From the NCBI GenBank assembly GCA_963706575.1, contig CAVPNL010000015.1, positions 465,518-529,517 on the forward strand: a stretch of DNA of 64,000 nucleotides, given 5' to 3'. This DNA comes from an uncultured delta proteobacterium. GTDB lineage: Bacteria; Desulfobacterota; Desulfobacteria; Desulfobacterales; JAHEIW01. Shown one piece after another: positions 30,411-39,341 of this stretch (positions are counted from its first letter, which is position 1; every line of letters starts with the position of its first letter). The position numbers and the translations under genes were made by a program. Below the pieces are notes generated by a model. It ran no database searches. It had not been told where the DNA came from and was given only the letters and a program-made list of their open reading frames with translations.

Positions 30411-31454
30411 TTAAATCAACTCCACTTCCGGATTATGAAACTCGCTTGCATTGAAAAAGCGGTCGAAGTTGAATTTATTGTACCAGGTCAGGTATTCCTC
30501 CTGGGGTCGGGTCCTTTCCTCTAATTCATTCCACACATCTTGCGGCATATCCCAGTCGGCGGGCTCCATGTTTTCTTGGAACTGTTTGAGGTTTTTGGCC
30601 CCGATGATCACGGATGTCACGAACTTGCGCCCCAGCGGCCAGGCAATCGCAAGTTGGGTCATGGGTATCCCGGATTTTTTGGAGACATCCTCCACAATTT
30701 CGGCGGTTTTGTATCCGGTGGGGTGCCAGAAGCGCGGGCCGTCCACTTCGGTGCGAAACGAAGCGCGGGACCCCTTTTCCGGTTCCTGCTGTCCCTTGTA
30801 TTTCCCTGTCAGCAGCCCGCCGCCCAGTGGACTGAAGCAGGTGATTCCGATACCTGCATCGATCGCCGCCGGCATGGCTTCCCTTTCCAGCTCCCTGTGA
30901 ATCAGGCTGTAGATGTATTGACCGGCCACCATTTTTTCCAGGTTGTACGCAGCGGATACGCCCTGCACTTTGGCCAGCTGCCATCCAAAAAACATGCTGG
31001 AACCGGTATAGCGAACCTTACCCTGGCGCACGAGATCGTCCATGGCTCGCAGGGTTTCCTCATAGGGCGTTATCGGGTCAGGGACATGGACGTGATAAAG
31101 GTCGATATAATCCGTTTTGAGGCGTTTGAGGCTTTTTTCGCATGAGGAGATAATCTGTTTGCGGTTGGCACCGAACTGCGTGATTGCCGGCCCCGAAGGC
31201 AGCGAAAACTTACTTGCAATAATGAGCCCGTCGCGGTTCAGTTCGGGCATGAGGCTGCCAACGATCTCCTCGGATCGCCCGCCGGCGTAAATATCGGCGA
31301 TATCCAGAGAATTCCCCCCCGCTTCGATGTAATTCTTGATGATTGCATGGGATTCTTTTTCATCGCATCCCCAATCCGGAGCGCCAAAGGTCATGGTCCC
31401 CAGGGACAGGCGAGACATCAGAAGGCCGGAGTTTCCAAGATGACGGTATTTCAT
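30411..31454 (-). CDS. Aldo/keto reductase
   Basis: YRHLGNSGL, LGTMTFG, SLKRLKTDYIDL, SPLGGGLLTGKY; start at ATG 31454 after AAGGAGG. Confidence 0.92.
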   Translation of the reverse strand: MKYRHLGNSGLLMSRLSLGTMTFGAPDWGCDEKESHAIIKNYIEAGGNSLDIADIYAGGRSEEIVGSLMPELNRDGLIIASKFSLPSGPAITQFGANRKQIISSCEKSLKRLKTDYIDLYHVHVPDPITPYEETLRAMDDLVRQGKVRYTGSSMFFGWQLAKVQGVSAAYNLEKMVAGQYIYSLIHRELEREAMPAAIDAGIGITCFSPLGGGLLTGKYKGQQEPEKGSRASFRTEVDGPRFWHPTGYKTAEIVEDVSKKSGIPMTQLAIAWPLGRKFVTSVIIGAKNLKQFQENMEPADWDMPQDVWNELEERTRPQEEYLTWYNKFNFDRFFNASEFHNPEVELI

Positions 31455-31697
31455 AACATCCTCCTTAGATTTAAATAACGGGTATGAGCGGACGGTTGAC
31501 AAAGCTATTTTGAAACCACTTCTAGTTAACATGTTGAAATTGGTTGTCAATGGATTATTTTGGTGCAAACCGGTTACCGGTAGTTACCGGATAGATTGAT
31601 CTCAAAAGAGGCGTTCAGCGGTTGATGATGTACTTCCCTTCGAAAGAGAATGGATGGAAGAATGAGGATATTGGGGATTTACTTTAAAAAGTCAAAT

Positions 31698-32318
31698 TTA
31701 TTCCGGGGAAGGTTCCTGCTTATCAATACTTAAAAATTTGACACCAAAGCCGTCCGGGCTGGACCATACGACTTCGCCTTTGACTTTGGCCTTGTGGTTC
31801 TTTTTTAAAGGAATCTCAAATGTGAGGATCTGCCCGGCGGAGAAATTTTCATTCGCTTCAATAAAGACGCCGGCTGAACTGATATTTTTTAAAAATCCCT
31901 CGAAAATGACCTCTTTAGCGGCGAAACGGATGGATTTGGAATAGGATTTGCGTTGATGTCTGCGGATATCGTTCCATCCCGTGGGATCGCTTTTTTGCGA
32001 TTTTGCTTGGCGCGGATCAACGGTGTGTCTGGCCCCGTAGCCATAATAAAAAGCGGATTTTTTCAACTTCTTGCGCCATACGATTTTTACGCGATAGCAT
32101 TCGTAAGTATCGATAGAGGATGCAAAGGGCGAGTTATCAATTCCGACGAAAATTTCTTCTCCGGGCTGCAGTAAATTATCGGCCTCAAAATATAATCCGT
32201 TATCACTGAAGTTCATCATTTTGGCCCGGTGCATCACACCGGCCTTAATATTTTCAATGGTAACCGGGCAGCGATGATCGATGCGCACATTTTTTCTTTT
32301 TTCAGGATTGGTATCCAT
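31698..32318 (-). CDS. Tandem PilZ-domain protein
   Basis: RKNVR...NFSDNG and RRHQR...NISSAG c-di-GMP switch motifs. Confidence 0.85.
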   Translation of the reverse strand: MDTNPEKRKNVRIDHRCPVTIENIKAGVMHRAKMMNFSDNGLYFEADNLLQPGEEIFVGIDNSPFASSIDTYECYRVKIVWRKKLKKSAFYYGYGARHTVDPRQAKSQKSDPTGWNDIRRHQRKSYSKSIRFAAKEVIFEGFLKNISSAGVFIEANENFSAGQILTFEIPLKKNHKAKVKGEVVWSSPDGFGVKFLSIDKQEPSPE

Positions 32319-32445
32319 GTTAGTGTTTGTGTTTTTAAAGATTCACATTAAAAAAGCAGCGCCATAGCTTAGGACCCTGCTCTTTATTAACGAAGATGGT
32401 TTACTGAATCAGGAAATTAAAACTATCGCTTATTCCACTTCCATT

Positions 32446-33105
32446 TTATGCTGATTTCTTGACAATATGAATTGGAAGATATTTTCTCCTCAATTTGTCT
32501 AACTCGGCCCTAACGATGGTGAACATCTTGACGATGAAGGCGTTCATTTCCTGCATGGCCTCAAGTTGTGTCACGATCTCAGGATAAAGATGTTTGCCTC
32601 TGACCCGTTTGAGTTTTTTTTGCATTTCCTTGGACAACATTTCAAACCCGGGCGGGGCGTTTAAAATGGCGTCCAATAATGCCTGGTTGCTGCCATCCAT
32701 AAGAGATTTTTTAAAATGAGATAATATCTGCGATTCGGTCATGCCGGCAAGCCGATCACGAATTTCACGCTCCTTCAGAAATTTAAGGAGACGGTCACCC
32801 CGCTCCCCGGGATCTTCTGATAGTTTGGCCTCCAGTTTATTGATTAAATCCGACGCGCTCCGTTTCGATTTCAAAATTTCAAGCTTGGTGATGGCTTTTT
32901 CCAGAATCTGACGTCGGGCAATGTTGCGATCGTTCTCGCCTAAATTCGCATCGTCCTGAATTCTTTGAAATTCGTTCATGGCAAAATTGCGCATGAGCAA
33001 AATATCATTATACACTTTTTCAACGGAAGCGGCCACATCTTCAGGAAGAATTTTCTGGGCCTTTGCCACCTGCAATCGAAGCTGGGGAATTAGATCGTCA
33101 AGCAT
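32446..33105 (-). CDS. Hypothetical helical protein
   Basis: 219-aa open frame; no recognised motif. Confidence 0.6.
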   Translation of the reverse strand: MLDDLIPQLRLQVAKAQKILPEDVAASVEKVYNDILLMRNFAMNEFQRIQDDANLGENDRNIARRQILEKAITKLEILKSKRSASDLINKLEAKLSEDPGERGDRLLKFLKEREIRDRLAGMTESQILSHFKKSLMDGSNQALLDAILNAPPGFEMLSKEMQKKLKRVRGKHLYPEIVTQLEAMQEMNAFIVKMFTIVRAELDKLRRKYLPIHIVKKSA

Positions 33106-33175
33106 TTTTCTTTAAATTTGTTTTTGTTAATAAAATTTGAAACGCTCAATTTAGGTTTTATACAATTCTAAACTA

Positions 33176-33202
33176 TTATCGGTATAATGCGCTAAAATAT
33201 TA
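33176..33202 (-). promoter_or_regulatory. Possible sigma-28 (FliA) promoter
   Basis: TAAT-N15-ACCGATAA on the minus strand (consensus TAAA-N15-GCCGATAA), within a PilZ neighbourhood. Confidence 0.35.
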
Positions 33203-33457
33203 AATAATAATGAATTATGCAAGATTTGTGCAAGGTTTGCAAATTTATTAAAAGTTATTTTAATAGAAATTACAAGCACTTATTTAAAAATACCGCCTAA
33301 TTGCCCGGTGATAAGAAAAATATTTACCAATTTACTGAAGTACACTTCACAATTTAAGGAGTCTTCATTTATTAAAAAAAGGTTCGAAAGATTTGACTTA
33401 AAACGCTAAATTCCCTATACCCTATTTAAACAAGCAAAATTAAGATTCGTTTTTAAT

Positions 33458-33925
33458 ATGAATTTTACCGCAAAATCATACACCAGGACCCATTCGCAAA
33501 GGGCGACCTCTAAGGACGGCGGTAGGAAAGGCCATCCGGATCCACGGAAATATCCACGCAAGCCCTGTTTAAAATCCGTGTTTTTCAACTGTGGTGATCA
33601 AAGATACGGCGGTTTGATTAAAAATATCAGCCGCGGCGGTGTTTTTATTGAAACCTTAGATAAATTTTTTTTCGGGCAGTCAATCGAGCTGGTCATCCCG
33701 AACACCCGAATCGATCGGGGTAAACCCATACCGGGCTGGATTGTGCATTTGAGTGAAACCGGGATAGGCGTTACATTTAAAAGAATATTTGAAAGAAGAT
33801 CGGGCAGGGAGCGCCGACATGCAATCGATCGCAGAAGCGGTTCAGACCGGCGCAAAAGCCATTTGCGAAAAAACCGTCGCAAAAAAAAGACACAACTCGA
33901 CCCGATAATGAATTACTACACCTAA
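33458..33925 (+). CDS. PilZ-domain protein with C-terminal ERR repeats
   Basis: RKYPR...NISRGG; ERRSGRERR...DRRSGSDRR. Confidence 0.8.
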   Translation: MNFTAKSYTRTHSQRATSKDGGRKGHPDPRKYPRKPCLKSVFFNCGDQRYGGLIKNISRGGVFIETLDKFFFGQSIELVIPNTRIDRGKPIPGWIVHLSETGIGVTFKRIFERRSGRERRHAIDRRSGSDRRKSHLRKNRRKKKTQLDPIMNYYT

Positions 33926-33960
33926 CACATATCGGCCGGCTAACATCTTCTGCGCTTTTT

Positions 33961-34166
33961 TAGAAGTGGTTTCAAAACCTCAGATTAGGTCCAAGGGCAA
34001 GGCGTGGGCAGGCCGACTGGGAAAGGCGTTGTTCTCAGCATACACGGTATGTGAGCATTTACCGGAGGCCTGTGCTGCACCTTAATTTAAAAAATCAGAT
34101 GCGAATCCCGCTTAGCGGGGCAACGCAGCCATTGGGCCTGCAGATGGGGTTTTGAAACCACTTTAG
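33961..34166. mobile_element. MITE-like non-autonomous element
   Basis: Perfect 16-bp TIR aagtggtttcaaaacc 33964-33979 / 34148-34163, tag at both edges; solo end copy at 31508-31525. Confidence 0.7.
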
Positions 34167-34347
34167 TCCAGCACAGCAACCGCTTCAATCTCTACCATAA
34201 AATCCGGCAAGAGCCAAACTTTCCACAATAAGCAGCGTATTGGTGGGTAGGGTTCCTGAAAAAACTTGCAGTCGCATCTCGAACGCTGCGGTAAGTTTAC
34301 GATGTAGTCGTAATGGGTTACAGGTAGTCATTTTGACAATGTTTTGC
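34163..34347 (-). pseudogene. RidA/YjgF family C-terminal remnant
   Basis: Hand translation NIVKMTT...FSGTLPTNTLLIVESLA/(shift)LPDFMVEIEAVAVLD*; no N-terminus. Confidence 0.6.
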
Positions 34348-34351
34348 TATT

Positions 34352-35433
34352 TTAAATCGCTCGGCGCACAAAAAAGTCGAATTGCCGGGAAAAATCGATC
34401 AAAGAATCCAGTTTGCTTTTTGCCCGGCCGGAATCAATGGACCCTTTTGCCCGCTCAACACCTTCCTTAAAATTGTCATCCAGCCCAGCCGCTACAAATG
34501 CCGCCGCTGCATTCAACAGCACGACGTCTCTTTTCGGCCCTTTTTCACCGTCTAAAACGTTTCGGATTATTTCGGCATTGGCCTTAGCATCCCCGCCCTT
34601 GATTGCTTCAGGCGCTGCCCGCTTGAAACCATGCGCTTCGGGGGTCATTTCAAAAGTATTTATTGCGCCGTCTTTCAGTTGAGAAACCTGGGTGATGCCA
34701 CAAATACTGATCTCGTCAAAGGTTTCTTCTCCGCATACCACAAATGCCTGCCGCATACCGAGTTTTTGAAGAACCTGAGCCATCTTCTCGGTATGATGAG
34801 GCATCATAGACACCCAACACCTGGGCAGTTGCTCCGGCAGGGTTTACCAAAGGCCCCAATAGGTTAAAGATAGACCGCAGCCCAACCTGCTGCCGGGGTT
34901 CCGCCACCGCTTTCATGGCGCCATGAAAAAGCGGTGCATATAAAAACCCGATCCCGACATCCTGGATGCACTTCTCAACATTGGCAAAATTGATATCCAG
35001 ATTTACGCCCAGGCTGATGAGCACATCAGCGCTGCCACACTGCCTGGAAGTTGCCCAGTTGCCGTATTTGGCCACCTTAAGCCCCGCACCGGCCACCACC
35101 AGCGCTGTTGCCGTAGAAATATTAAAGGTTTGGGTGCCGTTTGCTCCGTTGCCGTGGGTATCGAGGATCGTTTCCTCTTCGACATTGATTTCATCTCGAT
35201 CAATATTAATCAAAGGTTCATCGAGCTCTGATTTTCCTTGTCTTGGCCTGCATGGCTTTAGCCGCCCCGGTAATCTCTTCGACGGTTTCGCCTTTCATTC
35301 TCAGGGCAGTGATAAATGCGCCGATCTGAGCCGGTGCCGCCATGCCGCTCAAAAACATCTCCATGACGTCGGTCATCTCTTTTTCGCTCAGGTGGTTTCC
35401 ATTCGCTACCTGTGTGATCGCTTGATTGATCAT
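34352..35433 (-). CDS. trpD: Anthranilate phosphoribosyltransferase-like protein with altered active-site motifs; two frameshifts
   Basis: ORFs 35218-35433, 34716-35213 and 34352-34813 concatenate to a full TrpD ([38 protein letters not shown]). Confidence 0.85.
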
Positions 35434-35473
35434 GATTCAATACCTCCTTGTTTTTATTAGAACCCATCTCAAA

Positions 35474-35512
35474 TTAAAAAAGGCCGCGGGATCTAAGCCC
35501 CACGGCCTTTAA
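35474..35512 (-). terminator. Second intrinsic terminator of the Trp attenuator
   Basis: aggccgtggg...cccgcggcct followed by a T run on the minus strand. Confidence 0.75.
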
Positions 35513-35520
35513 ATCGTCAT

Positions 35521-35562
35521 CAAACAAAAAACCGTGGGCTCCTCGGGAGGAGGCCCACGGTT
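35521..35562 (-). terminator. First intrinsic terminator of the Trp attenuator
   Basis: aaccgtgggc...gcccacggtt then ttttgttt on the minus strand. Confidence 0.8.
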
Positions 35563-35580
35563 GTTAGCTACAACGTTATG

Positions 35581-35679
35581 TTAGTTTGCGATGGGTGGGC
35601 ACAGCTCCCTGTTAGCGGTGCGCCACCACCAATTGGTGCATAATAGTTCCAAATCGGTTGTTTGCTTGAGCTTCATCAT
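35581..35679 (-). CDS. trpL: Trp attenuator leader peptide
   Basis: MMKLKQTTDLELLCTNWWWRTANRELCPPIAN*; three tandem TGG; GCCCAC in the leader can pair with GTGGGC of terminator 1. Confidence 0.88.
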   Translation of the reverse strand: MMKLKQTTDLELLCTNWWWRTANRELCPPIAN

Positions 35680-35683
35680 GATC

Positions 35684-35761
35684 TGAATAGAGGGGCCCCG
35701 TAAAAATGTCAAGTAAAAAAAATAAAAAGCGCTTGACAAGCGTTAGGAATCCCTTTAAAAA
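35684..35761. promoter_or_regulatory. Back-to-back sigma-70-type promoters
   Basis: TTGACA on - (35712-35707) with TATTCA 17 nt later; TTGACA on + (35733-35738) with TAAAAA 17 nt later; A-tract between. Confidence 0.6.
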
Positions 35762-35785
35762 GCGTAAAAACCACTATGAGGAATA

Positions 35786-35872
35786 ATGATGGTAACAACT
35801 GGACATAATATCGATCAATCCCGGCAGTACTTTTATTTTTATTTCTACCGGAGGGGTCTGCCCATGGGTTGA
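35786..35872 (+). CDS. Phe/Tyr attenuator leader peptide of the aro operon
   Basis: GAGGA SD; MMVTTGHNIDQSRQYFYFYFYRRGLPMG*; GTCTGCCC (35856-35863) is complementary to GGGCAGAC (35901-35908) in the terminator. Confidence 0.88.
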   Translation: MMVTTGHNIDQSRQYFYFYFYRRGLPMG

Positions 35873-35893
35873 TGGATCATCTAATTTGATTTT

Positions 35894-35933
35894 AAGCCGC
35901 GGGCAGACGAAAGCTCGCGGCTTTTTTGTTTTT
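35894..35933 (+). terminator. First intrinsic terminator of the aro attenuator
   Basis: aagccgcgggc-agacgaaa-gctcgcggctt + ttttgttttt. Confidence 0.82.
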
Positions 35934-35965
35934 AAAGGCCGTGAATAAAATTCACGGCCTTTTTT
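35934..35965 (+). terminator. Second intrinsic terminator of the aro attenuator
   Basis: aaaggccgtgaat-aaa-attcacggccttt + ttt. Confidence 0.8.
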
Positions 35966-35993
35966 AAGCGAATTCAACGCGAAGGGGAAAAAA

Positions 35994-37067
35994 ATGAAAT
36001 CAACTGACGATCTGCGAATTAAGGGGTACCAACCGCTGACGGCGCCGCACATCTTAAAGCAAGAAATTCCAATCAGTAAAGCAGCAAATGAAACGGTTGT
36101 TTCGGGAAGAGCGCACATCGAAGCCATTCTGCGCAAGGAAGACCGCCGCCTGCTGGTGATTGTGGGGCCGTGTTCCATCCATGATGAAACGGCGGCGCTT
36201 GAATATGCATCCCGCTTGAACCGGCTGCGCAATCAGGTGGCCGATACCCTTTATGTCGTCATGCGCGTCTATTTCGAAAAACCGCGCACCACCGTGGGGT
36301 GGAAAGGTATGATCAATGATCCGGATCTGGATGGCACCTGCGACATGACGGCCGGATTGCGCAAGGCTCGTGGCCTGTTAACACAGATTAATGAAATGGG
36401 GCTGCCGGCCGCCACCGAGATGCTGGATTCGATCACCGCTCAGTATGTCGCCGATCTGGTCAGCTGGTCGGCCATCGGGGCCCGCACGGCCGAATCCCAG
36501 AGCCACCGTGAAATGGCCAGCGGTTTATCCATGCCGGTGGGTTTTAAAAACAGCACGGACGGCAATCTGTCATCCGCCATCAATGCATTGACGGCCGCAC
36601 GCGCCCCGCAAAGTTTTCTGGGAATCGATCAGGACGGCAAAACCTGTGTGGTTAAAACCAACGGGAATCCATGGGTGCATATCGTTTTACGGGGCGGCAA
36701 AAGACCCAATTACGACCCCATCAGTCTGGAGGAAGCGCGCCTGAGGCTGATTGAAAAAGATCTGCCGGAAGCGATTATGGTGGACTGCTCGCATGCCAAT
36801 TCAATGAAAAAATACCAGGGACAGGCCGTGGTCTGGAAAAACGTCATTGGTCAATACCTGAGCGGTAACGAAGCCTTGATCGGTTTGATGCTCGAAAGCA
36901 ACCTGCATGAGGGCAATCAGACTTTTGCCGGTGACGCTTCAGCATTAAAATACGGGGTTTCCATTACGGATGAATGCATTTCATGGGAAACCACCGAACA
37001 ATTACTGCTGTGGGCGCATGCGGCGCTTCGGCAGGCGGATCCGCAAAAATATCAACAGGCATCATAA
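35994..37067 (+). CDS. aroF: DAHP synthase, class I-alpha (AroF/G/H type)
   Basis: IVGPCSIHD, RVYFEKPRTTVGWKG, IGARTAESQ.HRE, DCSHANS, YGVSITDEC; isoenzyme identity uncertain. Confidence 0.92.
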   Translation: MKSTDDLRIKGYQPLTAPHILKQEIPISKAANETVVSGRAHIEAILRKEDRRLLVIVGPCSIHDETAALEYASRLNRLRNQVADTLYVVMRVYFEKPRTTVGWKGMINDPDLDGTCDMTAGLRKARGLLTQINEMGLPAATEMLDSITAQYVADLVSWSAIGARTAESQSHREMASGLSMPVGFKNSTDGNLSSAINALTAARAPQSFLGIDQDGKTCVVKTNGNPWVHIVLRGGKRPNYDPISLEEARLRLIEKDLPEAIMVDCSHANSMKKYQGQAVVWKNVIGQYLSGNEALIGLMLESNLHEGNQTFAGDASALKYGVSITDECISWETTEQLLLWAHAALRQADPQKYQQAS

Positions 37068-37071
37068 AAGA

Positions 37072-38088
37072 ATGGAAACGATTACCATAGACGCGAATTC
37101 AGGCCCGTCACACATTTTAATCGGTGAGCGCCTGGCGAACCTGCAGCGATACGTTCCGGTGGCAAAGCCGATTATCATCACCGATGTTAATGTTGGCCAA
37201 TTGTACCCCCTGGAGTCAATGGCCAGCGATGTGATCACCATCGGCACCGGGGAAGAAATCAAGACGCTGGATACCGTGCGCGATATTTACGCGCACCTGG
37301 TATCATCCGGGGCGGATCGCTCCGCATTTATCGTCGGTATTGGCGGCGGTATCGTCTGCGATATTACCGGTTTTGTGGCTTCGACCTTTCTGCGGGGGGT
37401 GCGCTTTGGTTTTGTGGCCACTACCCTGCTGGCTCAGGTGGATGCCAGCGTCGGCGGTAAAAACGGTGTTAATTTTAAAGGATACAAAAATATGGTCGGG
37501 CTGTTTCATCAGCCTGAATTTGTCATCTGTGATCCTGAATTATTAAAAACGCTGCCGCGGAAGGAAATCTCGTGCGGCCTGGCCGAAATCGTCAAACATG
37601 CGGCCATCGCGGATGCCGATCTATTCGCTTATCTTGAGAAGCATGCTGAAGACATCTTGGCGCTGGACCGCCAGGCGATTGAAAAGCTGGTGCGGGTGTC
37701 GGTGCGCATCAAATCATCGATTGTCAGGCGGGACGAAACCGAAAAAGGCGAACGCCGTTTACTGAACTTCGGTCACACCTTCGGGCATGCGATTGAAAAA
37801 GTGACCGGTGTGGCACACGGTGAGGCGGTCAGTACGGGTATGGTGATTGCGTCAGCCCTGTCTGTTAAAAAAGGCCTTCTGTCAGCGGAAGAAGACCAAC
37901 GGCTGCGGGCCGTACTGCAAAATTTAAAACTTCCGACCCGTTTGGAGGCGCAACCCCAAAAAATCCTGGATGCCATCGCAAAAGATAAAAAAAGGGCGGG
38001 CGACCGCATCCATTTTGTTCTGTTAAATGGAATCGGCAGTGCCCGGGTGGGTCAACTTACCTTGCAGGAACTCAAGGATGACCTGTAA
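37072..38088 (+). CDS. aroB: 3-dehydroquinate synthase
   Basis: GGGIVCD, TTLLAQVDASVGGKNG, LNFGHTFGHAIE, HGEAV. Confidence 0.95.
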   Translation: METITIDANSGPSHILIGERLANLQRYVPVAKPIIITDVNVGQLYPLESMASDVITIGTGEEIKTLDTVRDIYAHLVSSGADRSAFIVGIGGGIVCDITGFVASTFLRGVRFGFVATTLLAQVDASVGGKNGVNFKGYKNMVGLFHQPEFVICDPELLKTLPRKEISCGLAEIVKHAAIADADLFAYLEKHAEDILALDRQAIEKLVRVSVRIKSSIVRRDETEKGERRLLNFGHTFGHAIEKVTGVAHGEAVSTGMVIASALSVKKGLLSAEEDQRLRAVLQNLKLPTRLEAQPQKILDAIAKDKKRAGDRIHFVLLNGIGSARVGQLTLQELKDDL

Positions 38089-38392
38089 ATGAATAAATCG
38101 AATACATACAAAACCGGCGGCGATCCGAATGCGGATATCGGCGTGCTACGTCAGGCCATCGATGAGATCGATGAAAAAATTTTGGACTTAATCAATCAGA
38201 GGCTTTCTCTGGCAAAACAAATCGGCGATTTTAAGAAACAGGGCGGCATTCAGATTACAGACAGCGGGCGCGAAAAAGAAATTTTGAACCGCTTGCTGGA
38301 GAAAAACAATGGCCCCATGGGCGACGGACGGGCTGCGTAATATTTTTGAAGCCATCATCGCTGAGGGCCGCAATGTGCAACGCACGGGTTAA
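38089..38392 (+). CDS. Chorismate mutase (AroQ type); frameshift near 38325
   Basis: LRQAIDEIDEKILDLINQR...IGDFK...RE; alternate frame continues LRNIFEAII...*. Confidence 0.8.
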
Positions 38393-38403
38393 AGCGCGAA
38401 AGA

Positions 38404-39254
38404 GTGAAAGCAAAAATGATTGATGCAGATACATCCCTTTTTGGCCTGATCGGAAATCCGGTGGCGCATAGCTTAAGCCCGGTGATGCACAATCAGGCGT
38501 TTGCAGCGACCGGTTACAACGCGGTTTATTTAGCGTTCAGGGTCACTGATCCGGGTAGCGGCGATAAAAGGCATCAAGGCTCTGAATTTTAAAGGTGTCA
38601 GTGTCACCCTGCCTCACAAAGTTGCGGTTATGGAATATCTCGATGAGATCGACGAGACAGCAGCACGGATCGGAGCGGTCAATACCATTGTCAACAACCA
38701 GGGCAGGCTGATCGGATACAACACCGACTGTCCGGGCGCCCTGGAAGCTTTGAGGACCCGGACCTCGATAAAGGATAAATCGGTGGCACTCATCGGTGCC
38801 GGCGGGGCGGCCCGGGCCATCGGATTCGGCCTGGTGGCTGCCGGCGGGCGGGTGACCATTCTGAACCGCACGCGGGTATCCGGAGAGCGCCTGGCGGCGG
38901 ATCTGCAGGTGCAATTTTTACCTTTAGACGAATGGGCACCAAACCACTATGAGATTCTGATTAACACCACGCCGGTTGGCATGCATCCTGACACCGATGC
39001 AACCCCGATTCCGAAGGAGGACCTATCAAAAGATATGGTGGTCATGGACATCGTCTACAATCCGCTGGAAACCCGACTTTTAAAGGAAGCCGCCGCCGGT
39101 GGATGTCGCATCATCAATGGCGTTGACATGTTTGTATTTCAGGGAGCGCAGCAATTCGAGCTGTGGACCGGCAAAAAGGCCCCGGTGGAGTGTCATGCGG
39201 AATGCGGTTTTGGAGGCTCTGAAGAATAGATTTAGTTTAGGTGTGATCGGGTAA
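38404..39254 (+). CDS. aroE: Shikimate dehydrogenase; frameshifted
   Basis: GNPVAHSLSPVMHN, IGAVNT, GYNTD, GAGGAARA, NTTPVGM, DIVYNPLET across frames. Confidence 0.9.
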
Positions 39255-39341
39255 TTCAGGATCGACAATGCGTATGCATGACAAACCTGAACACTGATCA
39301 CCTGATTTATTAAAAAGGCTTAAAGGTTAACTCACAAACAA

